64,000 bases of DNA, from assembly GCF_026210795.1 (NCBI RefSeq), contig NC_089430.1, positions 3,534,001 to 3,598,000 on the forward strand. The letters are read 5' to 3'. Below the pieces are notes generated by a model. The model was given only the letters and a program-made list of their open reading frames with translations, was not told where the DNA came from and did not search any database. Origin of the DNA: Rhizophagus irregularis (Eukaryota). The translations under genes and the position numbers were made by a program. Shown in pieces: positions 27,601 through 42,311 of this stretch (within the stretch, counting starts at the first letter, position 1; every line of letters starts with the position of its first letter).

Positions 27601-27913
27601 GCTTTGTACTTTTTTTTGAAGGTGGTGTACTGTTGTATGGATAATTCTCATTATCATGTTTTTTAGCAGAGGATTCCGAGTTTCTAACAAAAAAAAACCA
27701 TTTTAGTTTTAGTAACCTTTTTCGTATTATCCAAACTAACTTACGTATTATTATTTTGCGACGGAGGGAAAAAATTCGTGATTGGAGGTGTACTGTTCGA
27801 AAGAAAAGAAATAATATAACTTTGATAAATTTCAAAGTACGGGTTAAAAGCCGCGTTTATAAATGGACCACTTACCGAAAAGGTTTACGTGCTGGTGTTT
27901 TTTGCCTGACCAT
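24660..27913 (-). CDS. Multi-exon protein, probably SLF2/FAM178/Nse6 (CANIN-domain, Smc5/6 loader)-like
   Basis: ATG at 27911-27913 (MVRQKTPARKPFR), then a disordered basic/Ser-rich N-terminus. The helical C-terminus contains spliced LHGRIVDMRAAFMERTKAKDLIQRLYMRLYY, which resembles the C-terminal RT.K D motif of FAM178/SLF2. Stop at 24660-24662. The gene itself is secure; the family call is from recall. Confidence 0.5.
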
Positions 27914-28228
27914 TTTTTAATTTATTTAAAGAAGCGAAGGTAGTATCTTGGTTTACAGTGATTAATTATTCTTAAAACTGATACAAATTCGCGTCTCGAC
28001 TTTCGAGTTATTTGATTTATAGTCGTAACTGCGTATCTGCGTATTTATTGTACACAGTTTACTTGACGATCATACCAAGGGAACATCTAAAGGGTCCATT
28101 TTTACTAAATTTAGAAATTGAAATATATATATTGCACTCATCATTTTTTACTACCTATTCTGATTTTGGCAAGAAAACTTGCTCCGTCTTTGGCATATAA
28201 TTATATAATTACTACAATAATTTGAACA

Positions 28229-31200
28229 ATGTCGGATCGTTCAAAAACGGTCGTAGGACGTTTTTTTGACCGTCCCTCGACTCCTCCTTCTTGGCCCAAT
28301 TTTGGTCAAACACCAGAGACTGATTTAACAAACCACCTTTTTACATTAACAACAAGCCATGTTTGGAGTGACACAAATCGTTCTTCTAACGAAAAACAAC
28401 TATCGGGAAATGTACAGAGAATTTTAAAACTAAAACATAACCTAAATAGCTCTTTGACCGCTTTATCGGCTTCTCCAGATCATAATCAAGTAGTTGTAGC
28501 AGGTCGCGAGGGTAGTAAAGTTTTTCTTTAGATATATTTATTGTTAATAAACACTCGTTAACCTAATTATTCATTAATAGTTCTTAAAGTATTGAACGTC
28601 TCTGAAAGAGAAATTACCGAAGAATTTAATCTTAAGAATAGGCATCTCAATAAATATAGCAATGATGTAAAGTGGGGAAATACTTGTAAGTTTATTGGCA
28701 TTACTAAACTTATTTTTTTGAAATACATTTTAATTCAAATTCCGTTAGCTAGCTTGATCCAGGAATTAAGAGTAATTATACTGGTTGCTTTTTAGCCACA
28801 AAAAATAAAATCGCAACGGCGGCAACTAATGGATCAATCGCAATTTTGGATGTAGGAAATGGTCGTACCAAAATAGGTAAATAATCTATATAAAAATATT
28901 TTATTATATTTAATTATGCATTTATTCCTAAAGACTCTTCATTAGATCGAAAAATAGATGAACATTCACGTGCTGTGAATAGGATATGTTTTAATCCCAC
29001 AAATGGATCAATCCTTTTAAGCGCATCGCAAGATTGTACAATGAAGTTGTGGGTGAGTAATTTAGCAATGTAACAAAGAGCTTTTTTTCTTGAACCACTT
29101 ACAAATACAAGTTTTCATTATCAGGACTTAAGAGAACCGGATTCCGCAAGATTTACTTTTGAAGGCAAATGTGAGAATGTTCGGGATGTCCAATTTAATT
29201 CAATAAATCAATATGATTTTGCTGCAGCATTCGAAAATGGAGCTATTCAGGTTAGCGAATAAATATTTTTCTATTTACTATATACCGTGATTAATTAAGA
29301 CAACTTTATTAATATTTTTAAAGAAATGGGACATAAGAAAACCAACGATACATGAAAGAAAACTTAATGCACATCTAGGATCTGTTCTTGCTTTAGATTG
29401 GCATTCTGATGGAAGAACTATTGCTAGCGGAGGGCGCGACAAATTGATTAAAGTATGAAATAGATTATTTTTCTATTCGCTTAATTATTTAAATTTATAT
29501 TTTTTTTTCATATTAACTACGTAGATATGGGATATGAACTCAGACAATAGGAGACCAAGAGACGTTATTCACAGCATGACAAGCATAGCTCGCGTCCAAT
29601 GGCGACCCGATCATCCTAATGAAATTGCTTCATGTGCATTATTAAGTGACAGTCGAATTTTTATTTGGAATATAAGGAGGCCTTTTATTGCAAGTTATTA
29701 TTTTGAAGAGCATGAAGATGTTCCAACAGGTATCAAAATATTTTTTTTTTATAACTTTACTTTACATATCTTAATTAAAGTCAATTAAAATCTAGGATTT
29801 TTGTGGCATAATTCGGACGTATTATGGTCTTGTTCGAAAGATAAGTTCTTTATTCAACAAGATATAAACTGTTCTTATCGTCCATTGAGTTTGCTTAGTA
29901 AATGTAGTATTGGATGGAGCGTATATGATAAGATTGCGTTTTCAATTGAAAAATATGATGATTTAATCGCAGAAGATCAGTAAATATCCTTTTTGACAAG
30001 AACTCTTCTTATTATAAAACTTTATTTATTAACCATTATTTAGATCTAGATCGATACCACCCTCAAGTAATCAATTTAGAATTATACAAAGGAGAACATC
30101 ACCTAATATTATCGAAACTCGTAATGAAGTACGTCAATTTCTTTAATTAGAGTAATTATACCGTAAAACTTTTATAATTAATTAATTTTATAAAATTAAA
30201 AGTTTCAACAAAAGACTGGTATCGCCTCTCTTCCCACTTTCGATCACAAAGCTTTTTCGTATCTTGCTGAAAATTACATTATTTCAAATCACGATATTTG
30301 GTCTGCGTGTGAACATAATGCCAAGGTAAATCTCCGGCGTTGGCATATAGTGTCTATTTATGCTAAATATTAATTTGTAACATTTCATTATGAAGATTGC
30401 ATGGGATGTTCAAAGATTCAGAACTGCACAAACTTGGAAAATAATACAGCTTTTATATGGAATTTTGGAACCTGTGGATAATAATGCTCATAAGGGTATT
30501 TAAATTTTACTAAACTGTTTTAAATTCAGGTGATATTTAACAAGCTATCATTTATAAAATTCTAGATAAAGAAAGTGCAAATAGTTTGTTAAATGATTCG
30601 TCCCCCACTAATCCATCTAAATCTTCGAATGAAACAAAAGAATCGGATTCAATAAAGGATTTAAATACTGTAACAGAAAAGCATAACGAGTCCCTTGATG
30701 TAAGTCTATTAATTGATTGCTTGTAATTTGGCAATTATTCTTATCTAGCTCCTCTAAATAGGATGAGGTTTATTCATTTTATGACGATGACGATGATGAT
30801 GAATTTGGTCAAGTAGAAGAACGGGGTAAAGATTCGGAGTTTCAACAACCACGGCGAACTACGATTAAAATGAAGAGTGATATTGTTCAGTCAACATATA
30901 ATTCAACATTATGTCGGAACTGGGATAAAGAATCAATCATGATGCAGTTATTTGATTATTATGCAGAACAAGTTAAGATTTTATTATAATTTTTAAAAAA
31001 TCAATTTAGTAATGAATGACTTACAAGCATCGTTTTCAGGGTGATGTACAGATGTGTGTTACTTTAATACTAGTGCTTGGTGATATGATTAAAATAAGCC
31101 AAGAGAGGGTAGAACAATGGTTTTTTTCTTATATTGGTAGATATACGAAGCCATTTTATTCATTTCGAATGTTAATGGTTAAATTGATATTAATAAATAA

Positions 31201-31697
31201 ATTTTCTCCTAGAACTATTGCATAGGTTTCAACTCTGGTGTGCAGCTACGCATATTATTTCATCTTGCAGAGTTCCTTCTGTTGAAATGATGAATCAGGT
31301 TTGAATTATTATAATAATTGTCAAACTTACTATTTAAGGCTAATTGGAATAATAATATACAACAGCAATCCACAACAATATATACAACATGTAATAATTG
31401 TTTCAGACCAATACTTAACTCTAGAAGTGGATATTGGATATGTGATAAATGTCGGAAGATGCTAAATCCTTGCTCAATATGGTTCGTAAAATTTTTTCCA
31501 AAGAATGTATGGTTTTTTTTTTCAAAATTAATGTATTAAATTCTTTTGATTAAAGTCACAATACAGTGAAAGGGTTATATACTTGGTGTCAAGGTTGCAG
31601 TCATGGAGGGCATCTTTTTCATATGAAAGAATGGTTTTCGGCAAATAATGAATGTCCAACTGGATGTGGACATAACTGTTCGGTTGCCATTGAGTAA
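28229..31697 (+). CDS. RTC1: GATOR2/SEACAT subunit RTC1/SEA2/WDR24
   Basis: N-terminal WD40s (VVVAGR, EHSRAVNRICF, LLSASQD, VRDVQF, WDIRK, IASGGRDK, VQWRP), GDVQMCV, and a C-terminal RING (C..C...GLYTWCQGCSHGGH...WF...CPTGCGHNC). TAA at 31695-31697. Confidence 0.92.
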
Positions 31698-31831
31698 GAT
31701 GATTATAAAAATTTACAATGTACTAATAACTTAACGCAAATATATCTATCATATGTGTTATACTATGATCTTATTAAACAATTGATGTTACATTGTATAA
31801 CATAATAAATTTATTTATATAATGTTCCGTA

Positions 31832-33952
31832 TTATTTGGCAATACCAACAATTGGTTTTTTCCTCTCTACTTGGTACGGAATTGATCCTTTTTTGGAATG
31901 TTTTCGTAAATTTTCTTCTTTTCGCCGCTGAGCCTGCAACATAATACGTTTTGTATTTTGTGCGTTCTTAATTACCTTTGGAACATTACGATGTCTTTGT
32001 ATTTTTTATGATTAGATTATTATTATGAGTATTAATTTATTATAAATAAAAAAGAACAACAAAAATATTTTTACCTTGAAATTCTTTTAATCTCCGGAAG
32101 GTATTTATATCGATCTATAAGCTTCTCTTGATATTCAATGTGAGCACGTTCTCTATAGTCCTTCTAATAAACATCGCACATATTACAAATATGAATAAAA
32201 AAATTTGATAGATAGTTTTATTTTTATTATTTTTATGTAATATTTCATTACCGGTCCAAGTTTTTCGGATGCTTTAGCCTTCCATAGTCGAATACTACCA
32301 TCATCAGAACCAGAAAGAACATATTTTGAATCCATGCTGTATTTAACGCAAAAAATGCGTTGCATTCGTTTGGTATGGTATATATCTCGACTGTGTCCTT
32401 GACGCGCTGAATAAATCCTCAATGTTCGATCATAAGCGCCAGTGACTATTTCTTCACCTGTTGGAGAATAATCTAGATCTAATCTGTGTTAAAATGGTTT
32501 TATGATAGTAAATTTAATAATTATAATAATTTTATTTTAAATTAAATAACTACTTACACTGCAGATACATGATCTTTGAGAACATTTAATGCACAATCCA
32601 TCTTACGCATGTCAAAAGTATAGCAGTTATGATCTTCATTTGCCTAAAATTTGTTATTAAATGCATATAAATTACTAAATATAAAAATTAAAAAACAAAT
32701 TTTAAAAACAAATAATACCGCTGTAAAATTGAATGCTTCCATTGGATTCCACGCTATAGCATTTGTTCTCATCTATAAAAAAATAATAATGAAAAATAAG
32801 TTAAAATAAATTTATACAAATAATGAATTTCTATTTATAATTAATATCGACCTGCAAAACCGATTTTGTCAAGGGAGAATTCATTCTGAGATCATAAAGA
32901 ATTATGGTTCTGTCTGTACCACAAGTACCAAAAATGTTTGTTTCTGTTTGATTGAATCGGATAGTATTAATTGTATCTACTCCCCAATTAAAAGTTTTGA
33001 TAGGATCTGACCTACAAAATAAAATAATGTAAAATATAAATTAAAATAACTTTTTTTCATGTGAAAAATTAAAAAATTCTTTATCTACCTATTTTCATCC
33101 CATATGTCAACTTGTGATCCGGAAGTGATAAAAATCGGGTCACTACGATGATGATCTATTGCGCTATATTTAAAGAATTGATATTTATTACAATAGATCA
33201 AAAATAAAAAGAGCCTTATATAAATTGCACCTTTATGTAACCTTTTATTCTAACCTGAAAGCAAATTTTCCGACATAAGTATTTAATGGCTAAAGATGTA
33301 AAATAAAAGTGAGATATTGGAAAAATAATCCAATTTGACAAAATATTATTGTAAATAAATCCCAAGGATCAATACTTACTTCGCCCGATTGATCAGGATT
33401 CCAAATCTTCACAGTTTTATCCGTCCCACATGAAAAGTATAAATTATCTTTTGTTAGGCTACAACAAACACCTTTGACAATACTTTTATGTCCAACAACC
33501 TTCCATTTTGTTTCTCGATCGGACAGATCCCATATCCTCAATTCTGATTTAACATTTTATTTACTAAATATGTTATAGAAAAAAGAATTTACAAAAAGTG
33601 AACACATTTACCTCCATCACCGCTTCCCGATATAACAGTTGTTAATTTTTTAGGATGTTTGGCCATACAGTAAACGCCATCAGAATGACCAGACAAGTCA
33701 CCGATAAAGGGCTTCGCAAACATTCGTTCTAATTTTACGGCATTAAGTGCTCTAGTGTACTCACGAGCCTTTTCCAATGGGTGTAATGTAGGGTCATAAT
33801 TACGTTTAATTTTATAAATATCTTGAGGAGTTTTACGTGTATACTCTAAAGTAGACCGAGAAAGAACCTTGACTTTCTATGAATAATTAAATAAACTCGG
33901 TTAGCTTTGTTTATTAAAAAATTTTTGGTTAAAAAAAAGGTCTTGATACCAT
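31832..33952 (-). CDS. SOF1: U3 snoRNP/SSU processome protein SOF1 (DCAF13/WDSOF1)
   Basis: ATG-only first exon, then KVKVLSRS...RNYDPTLHPLEKAREYTRALNAVKLERMFAKPF, SRDIYHTKRMQ and LSGSDDGSIRLWKAKASEKLG. Stop at 31832-31834. Confidence 0.95.
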
Positions 33953-34320
33953 TCTGGTGAATCATAAGTTACTGACCCACATATATTATTTCTAAATTTA
34001 TATTAAAAAGTATGTTTGTTACAAATGGATGATTATCAGAAAAAATTGAAATGCGATGAACGAAAAATAAATAGGTCCACTTTAAAATTCAAATAAAAAT
34101 ATTTTAAAAATGCTATTCATAAAATTATAATTAATATTAATTATACTTTAAATTAATATATAATGAAAACATAGAAAGTAAATAACGCGCATTACAATAA
34201 TTATTTTATGAATAAATGCATTACTTCACAATTTTATAAAATTTTATTTTTTTAAAGATATGATTAACCGTAACTTATTTCTCGATAAAATACTACTATT
34301 AATTGAACAAAAAAAAAATA

Positions 34321-34506
34321 CAGTCAGAACTCGATATACCGATATTCGATATACCGATACATTATTAAAAACTTGATATACCGATAAAATTTTACATTCC
34401 CACTATATATATGTGAGGACATAAATATCGGTATAATTTGATATAACGATATTTTTTAAATTTTTTCTTATGAGTCCCGACATATCGTTATATAAAGGTT
34501 TGACTG
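34321..34506. mobile_element. Tc1/pogo-type MITE in the SOF1-DPM1 intergenic region
   Basis: TIRs CAGTCAGAACTCGATATACCGATAT / reverse complement CAGTCAAACCTTTATATAACGATAT; TA on both flanks; internal GATATACCGAT repeats. Confidence 0.8.
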
Positions 34507-34722
34507 TACCTTTAAAAAATTTTAATACTTTTAAAATTTTACAATTAGTATCTTATTTTTTAATAATTGGGATGGAGTATTTAATAAAAATAACTTGAGC
34601 TTTGATTCAAAAGAGTGATATACTTTTTTTACTGCTCTAAAAAAAAAAGACGATAACCAATCATTTTTCAACACTTAACGGATTTTAGTGTATAAAATGA
34701 TCAAAGTGAATTCCTAAAATAA

Positions 34723-35982
<1,260 letters not shown>

Positions 35983-36088
35983 TTTAATTTAATTATTTTT
36001 TTATTATAATATGTTACTGTTATATTAATGTATAATCGAGAAGATTTATAATTTTATTATATTTAAAAGTATTTTTTTTTTTTTAGAC

Positions 36089-37472
36089 TCAACAATTATT
36101 ATAATTAATATTCGTGATTATCGTTTTTGTTAGCTTGGTTTGAGTACTATTTTGTGGTGAACTTTTATTATACATACGAATCCACGGATGATTTAAAACT
36201 TGTTCCATTGACGGACGGTTAATTGGATCCTTTTGTAATAACTGAATTTTATTATTAGAAAATATAATTTAAAATAAACTTATTAGTAAAATAAACTTAT
36301 TAGTAAGCAATAATTAATTAAATTACCATTATAATGATATCTCTCGCTTCTTTTGATACATAATCTGGAATCATCACTTCATCAAGTACTATCCTTTGAA
36401 TTGTTAGTGGAAATCCTATTGATTCAAATGGAGGTACACCGACCAACAATTCATAACATATTATCCCAAGTGCCCATACGTCCACTTTCTCATTATAAGA
36501 CTGACGTTTAACCATCTCAGGTGCTAGATAATCTAATGTTCCACAAATAGTTTTAAGTGATGAACTATATTTGAAGTGGGAATAGTGAGTATTATGAGTA
36601 TTATAACCGTTAGTTTTTAAACTTATATTTAGTTTTACTTGCTTTGTAAAGTCTTGTACATAAGTAGCCCAACCAAAATCTGCTAATTTGAGAACCCCTT
36701 GTTTATCTATTAGTAAATTTTCTGGCTTTAAATCTCGATGAACTATGTGACGTTCATGAACATATTTTAACGACTTTGCTATCTGTGCGATATACTAAAT
36801 TTATAAAATTTAAAAAGACCATTTATAATTGTGTATCACGATTTATTCAATTTATTCAGTTAAGTGTATACCCTTGACGCTTGTTTTTCAACAAATCGCA
36901 TTTGTCTTTTTAGTTGAGCATATAAAGTTCCGAGAGAAGCCCATTCCAAAATCATTACAACTCGTTTTTCATCTTGAAAATATCCGTATAATTTAAGGAT
37001 ATTAGGATGACTGAAATTTTTTATAAAATAAATTAGCTAAATATATTAAATCGAAAAATGAAATGAATATCTTACTTGAGATTTCCTTGAATTTCAACTT
37101 CGCGTTCCAATTGTCGTAGAAGTTTGTCATGCTTTAACTCTTGTTTTAATAATATCTTTAGAGCAACGATATATCCGCTTGATTTATTCGTTGCTAAATG
37201 AACACGTCCGTATTTACCCTTGCCAATTTCATGCCCAACTTTAAAATCCTTCATAGATAATATATGAAAATCAGGTTGCCTTCAAAAAAAATAAGGAAAA
37301 AATGTTACTAAAACATAGTTTAATTTAAATTCTCGGCTTATAAATCTTACTTGGTCAAAAGAAGAGCACGGTTTTCTTTATTATATTCATCTTTAGAAGT
37401 ATCCTGTATATAAGTTAATAAATAGTTTGATAATCGTTAAGAAAAAGGCATTTATTGTAAAAAAAATACCAT
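36089..37472 (-). CDS. Aurora-family Ser/Thr kinase (Ipl1/Ark1-like), short N-terminus
   Basis: DFKVGHEIGKGKYGRVHL, QLEREVEIQGNL, HRDLKPENLL, LKLADFGW, TICGTLDYLAPEMV, KVDVWALGI and HPWI. ATG-only first exon at 37470-37472; stop at 36089-36091. Confidence 0.88.
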
Positions 37473-38727
37473 CTTTTCGATTCTTAAACATTTATCATGC
37501 TATAAAATTTAAAAAACTTGTAGTTTGGAGTTTTATTGGAAAAATTCGCGTGACGTAATCCATTTTTTTTATTGAGATCATCTTAAAAAGTCTTAAGACT
37601 TCATGGCGAATATTAGTAAGACCATCAGTCTTTTAACGGTATCTTTTTTTATGAATTGATATTTTCTTAAAATATTTACTGTTTCAATAAAAAGGCTACA
37701 TATATTATTATTGTAACTAATTTAAAAATAAAAATAAAAAATTTTTATTTAATAATAAAAATTGGCCATAAAACATACCAATCATACCAAATTATAGACT
37801 CTAAAGCCGTATTCGATCACATGATTTTTCATATTACTGTAACTATTTGACGACCAAATTTAGATATCCGCACCTACATTTTTAGGCGGATAGATCCATT
37901 GATAGCAATCCTAGGATTCTGATTCAGATTATTTATATATACTGTATATCATTCTCAATTTTTGGTTTTTTCGCCATTTTGAAAATTTTCTCATAAGCCA
38001 TATCAATTGAATCAATTGAAGAAATTTATTAGGTTAAATTATTATTAAATTTTATAATGTATTTTTTCATTAAATCTAATAAAATTTACTTTAACTATAT
38101 TAAATATCAATAATTTCATCCATTAAAATTCAGAAATTAAGAATAAATCCCTAAATAAAGGATGAATCTGTTAATCCAAATTATCATCTGGGATCCAGAT
38201 TGAATTTGAATGACTCTTTAAAAATAGGATTAGAATATTAAATGAATATCCTTATTCTAGAGATACTTATCCTAGACCTCTAGTAATTTAATTGGGCAAA
38301 AATTGTGTTATTTTGTAGCATAAATTTTTTTTTTGTTAGTAATACTTAGCATTTCTTTAAGCAATCATTCCACCCTACTTTTAAAAATAGATTTTACTAA
38401 TTAAACACATTCCAACCAGTTCCAACATGTGATTGTGAAAAATAACATGATGATGATTTTGACTAACAAAAAAAAACTAAGTTTTCCAGATATTTGTGGA
38501 TTACAAGGTGTGATGATGGTGACAAATAAATCTATTTTTAGAAGTAGGGATGGGATGATTAATCCATTTCTTTATTATATTTATAATAAGAATTTACATA
38601 TATAATATTTATATAAAGTTAAAAATACTTTCTACTAACTCTATATTTCTATAAATACATAACACTATTATCTATTTAAACTATTAAACTAAACTTATTA
38701 AACTATTCTATATATTAACTAATTTAA

Positions 38728-39855
38728 TTCATGATTCAGATAAGAATGAGTGAGCAATTTTGCGATTCCCAAATGTGGATGTCCTTACATATGTAAATCC
38801 ATCAATTTTCAGCCAAATTGTTTGAAATTTTTACTGAAAAAACTTTAAGATTGGCTCTATCATATTTAAGTATTTAATATAATATTTATAACAGCTCTAA
38901 ATTTAAAAATAATTTACAAAATAGGAGTAATAAAAAATAAAAAAAATTAAAAAGAATTTTTTTACAAATTTTTTAAAAAAATGCTTGGTTTATATTCAGA
39001 ATATATGTTTTTATGGAGTTTAATCTATTTTTAAACTTTTAAAATTAGTATTTAATTTGTGATTCATATAAAAATAAGGAGTAAATCACTAATTAAATTT
39101 GAAAAAAATAAAAAAAACTTGTTTTTGCAATTATCTCGTGATCTAGTAATTCAATTTCAATGAACATTTTTATATTGTGTAGCTCTCCAATTTCTCTATA
39201 TAATAAAAAAAAAGATTGTTGAAATTGGACCAATAGATTGTGAGATAATTGCAAAAAACGAGTTTTTTCAGAGGATAACTGCATTTATCTAATATATTCT
39301 GAAAAAAATCATTTTTGCGATTATCTCACGATCTATTATCCAAATAAAGATCGGTTTTTTTCATTTAAAGATTCTTTTTTTATTTTGTAGAGAGCTTAGA
39401 GAGCTACACAATAAAAAATGTTCACCAAAGTCGAATCATTGGATCATAGGATAATCACAAAAAATGATTTTTTTATTTACTTAAAATTTAATTAGTGATT
39501 TTCTCTATTGGTACATAGAATATGAATTAAATACTAATTTTAAAAGTTTAAAAATAGATTGCACTTCTCTAAAAACATATATTCTGAATATTAATCAAGA
39601 ATTTTTTTTAAAAAAATTCATGAAAAATTTTCTTGATTTATTTTTGATTTCTTATTACACCTATTATGCAATTATTCTTAAACTTTTGAGCTTTATAAAT
39701 ATTACATTAAATATTCAGATATGATAGAGCCAATCTTAAAGTTTTTTCAGTAAAAATTTCAAATGATTTGGCTAAAAATTGATGGATTTATATATGTAAG
39801 GATACCCACATTTAGGATCGCAAAATTACTCACTCATTCTTATCTGAATCACGAA
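38728..39855. mobile_element. Foldback-like non-autonomous element with ~0.5-kb inverted arms
   Basis: TTCATGATTCAGATAAGAATGAGTGAG... mirrored by ...CTCACTCATTCTTATCTGAATCACGAA. Inverted similarity continues for several hundred bp; TTAA on both flanks. Confidence 0.8.
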
Positions 39856-39951
39856 TTAATATAAATCCTAAATGGAAACTCTTTCTGACAATCATTATGA
39901 CCATTTTTTTCGCAAAATAAAATTTTATTTTTTATAATTTTTAGCTCAAAA

Positions 39952-41218
39952 ATGTCTTTAATGAAAGAATACGATATCAGACTTGACCTGAAAAAGGTCA
40001 TCGAATGCTTTATTAATGAAAAAAGCTTTCTTGAAACATTATATATTGTCCTTCAGAATATGGAAAATACTGACCCAACTAATATTCTTAAATATGTTAA
40101 GCGTATTTTACCTGTTAGAAAATACAACAATACTGAAAACTTTGTTAAAACCAATAGGTAATCTCTCAAGAAACTTGGTCTTAAGAATGACTTTCAACTT
40201 ATCTACCTATTGTATATTTTCGCCAACTTTACTGACGAGTATGAAACCTCTATGAAGAATTACATAAAGAAAATATTTCAAGAACAGGTGGCGCAGTTAA
40301 AGTTAACAGAAGCAACCAATGATACGCCAGTATCAACACAAGCACAGCCAATGGAAACAGAAATTTTTGAAAATATCGAATAGAACTCAATGATCAAAAC
40401 ACCGAACACCAATTAGAAGATGTAATTGCAGAATCTTCAACAAAGAACTCTAGTAAAAGTTATACAAAATTGAATACCAAAGCCATACTTTATATCCTAA
40501 AAAGAAAAGGACATACTATTACCGTATATCGCGGGCCATAGTACTTCCCCCCTATGCATAGTACCCCCTTGAAAAATTTCATAGAATTGTATAGTACCCG
40601 GGGGGATATTTTACAATTATCTCGTGATCTAGTGATCAGATTTGAGCCATCATTTTTTTGTTTGATAGCTCTCATTGAGCTCTTCAAAATAAAAAAAGAT
40701 CGTTCAAATTGGACTGGTAGATCGTGAGATATTCGCAAAAAACAGAATTTTTAGCTTTGTTTAGATCGGGAGGGGTACGAGGTTCAAACCCGATTTTTGC
40801 AAGATCACAAAGAATCTTGTAAGGCCCGCTATATACGGTACATTTGCAGAAATGGCCTGCAGAAACTTAGATGTAAGTAGTGAATGTGACATCTTCCTAA
40901 CTCCACCTGGTAATAGGCAAAAGATTAATTCGACCAAACGTACAGCGTCTGATAGCAAGGCTCAGCCAGCTAAGAAGAAACAATCCACTCCTTCGCAAGC
41001 TCATTACATATTACAAAAATTAGGCAGATTTGGATAAAATCACGAATACCAAGTTGACTTTACAAAAATTTGAAGGTATTTGGAATAGGTACTTCTTGTT
41101 TTAACTGTCTAAAGTTTGTAACTGATCACTAAGAAGTAGTCAAAATCAGAAGCAGAACCAAGACTCAGCTAACAAGGTTAGACCAAATACTACAAATAAC
41201 AAGAATAAGAAGAGTAAA
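39952..41218 (+). pseudogene. Decayed unknown ORF (possibly retroelement ORF1-like), interrupted by MITEs
   Basis: Intronless coding-like frame MSLMKEYDIR...ENFVKTNR*SLKKLG...PMETEIFENIE* continues through in-frame stops, followed by a K/S-rich fragment at 40852-41037. No recognisable domain. Confidence 0.35.
40522..40838. mobile_element. Tc1/mariner-pogo-type MITE
   Basis: TIR CCGTATATMGCGGGCC at both ends; TA TSD at 40520-40521 and 40839-40840. Confidence 0.85.
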
Positions 41219-41908
41219 CAGGACCTCGCTTACTTCTAATAAAAGTCTCCTCACAAAATTTCAGATTTACTAGTAATCTTACCAACCCTTTCTGTCTCAT
41301 AATTTTACCTTATATATAGTGTGATCTTTTAAAATTATATTGAATTTTACCTTAAATTTTTAAAGACTTAAATTTTCTTTAAAAGTATTTAATTAGTAAA
41401 TAAAGTATTTTACAATAGTTTAAAATTTTTTTAAACATTTATTAATTAATACAAAATTTTATTATTTTTATTACTATAAATAAATTTTAATATAAAAAAA
41501 TACAAAATATAAATTTGCAAATTATTAAAAATCCAGTGATCCAATTTTGATAAATTTTATACCATTAAAATCATCTTATTAAGACAATTCTAATGGTAGT
41601 AAAATCATCTTTCTAGGTTTAATATTGACTGAGATAAGGGTTAATAAATTTTATTAATTAATTAAAAAATTATTAAAAAATTTTCTATGTTAAAATGAAG
41701 TAAAATTAGTTATTTAATATAAAAATAACAAAATTTCTAATCTTAACCAGGGGAAAATTCCTTCCTTGTCATGTGATTAGCACATATGTAACTCTGCTGA
41801 TATAGTCTGATAGTGGCTTTTACCTGAATAAGAAAGTAGAATACAATAATAAAGTTAGTAAAGATATTCGAAAAAAAAAATTTACACGTCTCTAAGTCTA
41901 ACATTAAG

Positions 41909-42037
41909 CCTAACCATAATCCCTAACCATAATCCCTAATCCTAACCCTAATCCCAACCCTAACCTAACCCTAACCTAACCTTAACCCTAACCCTAACTC
42001 TAACTCTAACTCTAACTAATCCTAACAATCCTAACCT
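41909..42037 (+). repeat. Degenerate telomere-like (TAACCC/TAACC)n tract
   Basis: CCTAACCATAATCCCTAACC...CCTAACCCTAATCCCAACCCTAACCTAACCCTAACC... Confidence 0.85.
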
Positions 42038-42311
42038 CCGGTAATCTAATTACAATCTTAATCATAGAAGTTTATATTCTACAAATGTAAATTAGCCTTT
42101 GAAATGTTATCGGCATAGTTTTAGACACTTTCAATATGAAAAAACTGATACAATCAAAATGCAAAGCAAATATTTTTATTTTATTAATACAGTCAACATA
42201 CAATTTGTAATGCATACAATAGATAGCAATTTACATGATCTAATCAATGAATAAATAGCATTTCATCCCATTTGCTAATGTACAATCAACAATACATATA
42301 TTTGAAATAAT

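Noticed and set aside
41909..42037. True chromosome end
   Set aside because: The tract is short, degenerate, internal, and enclosed by transposon TIRs.
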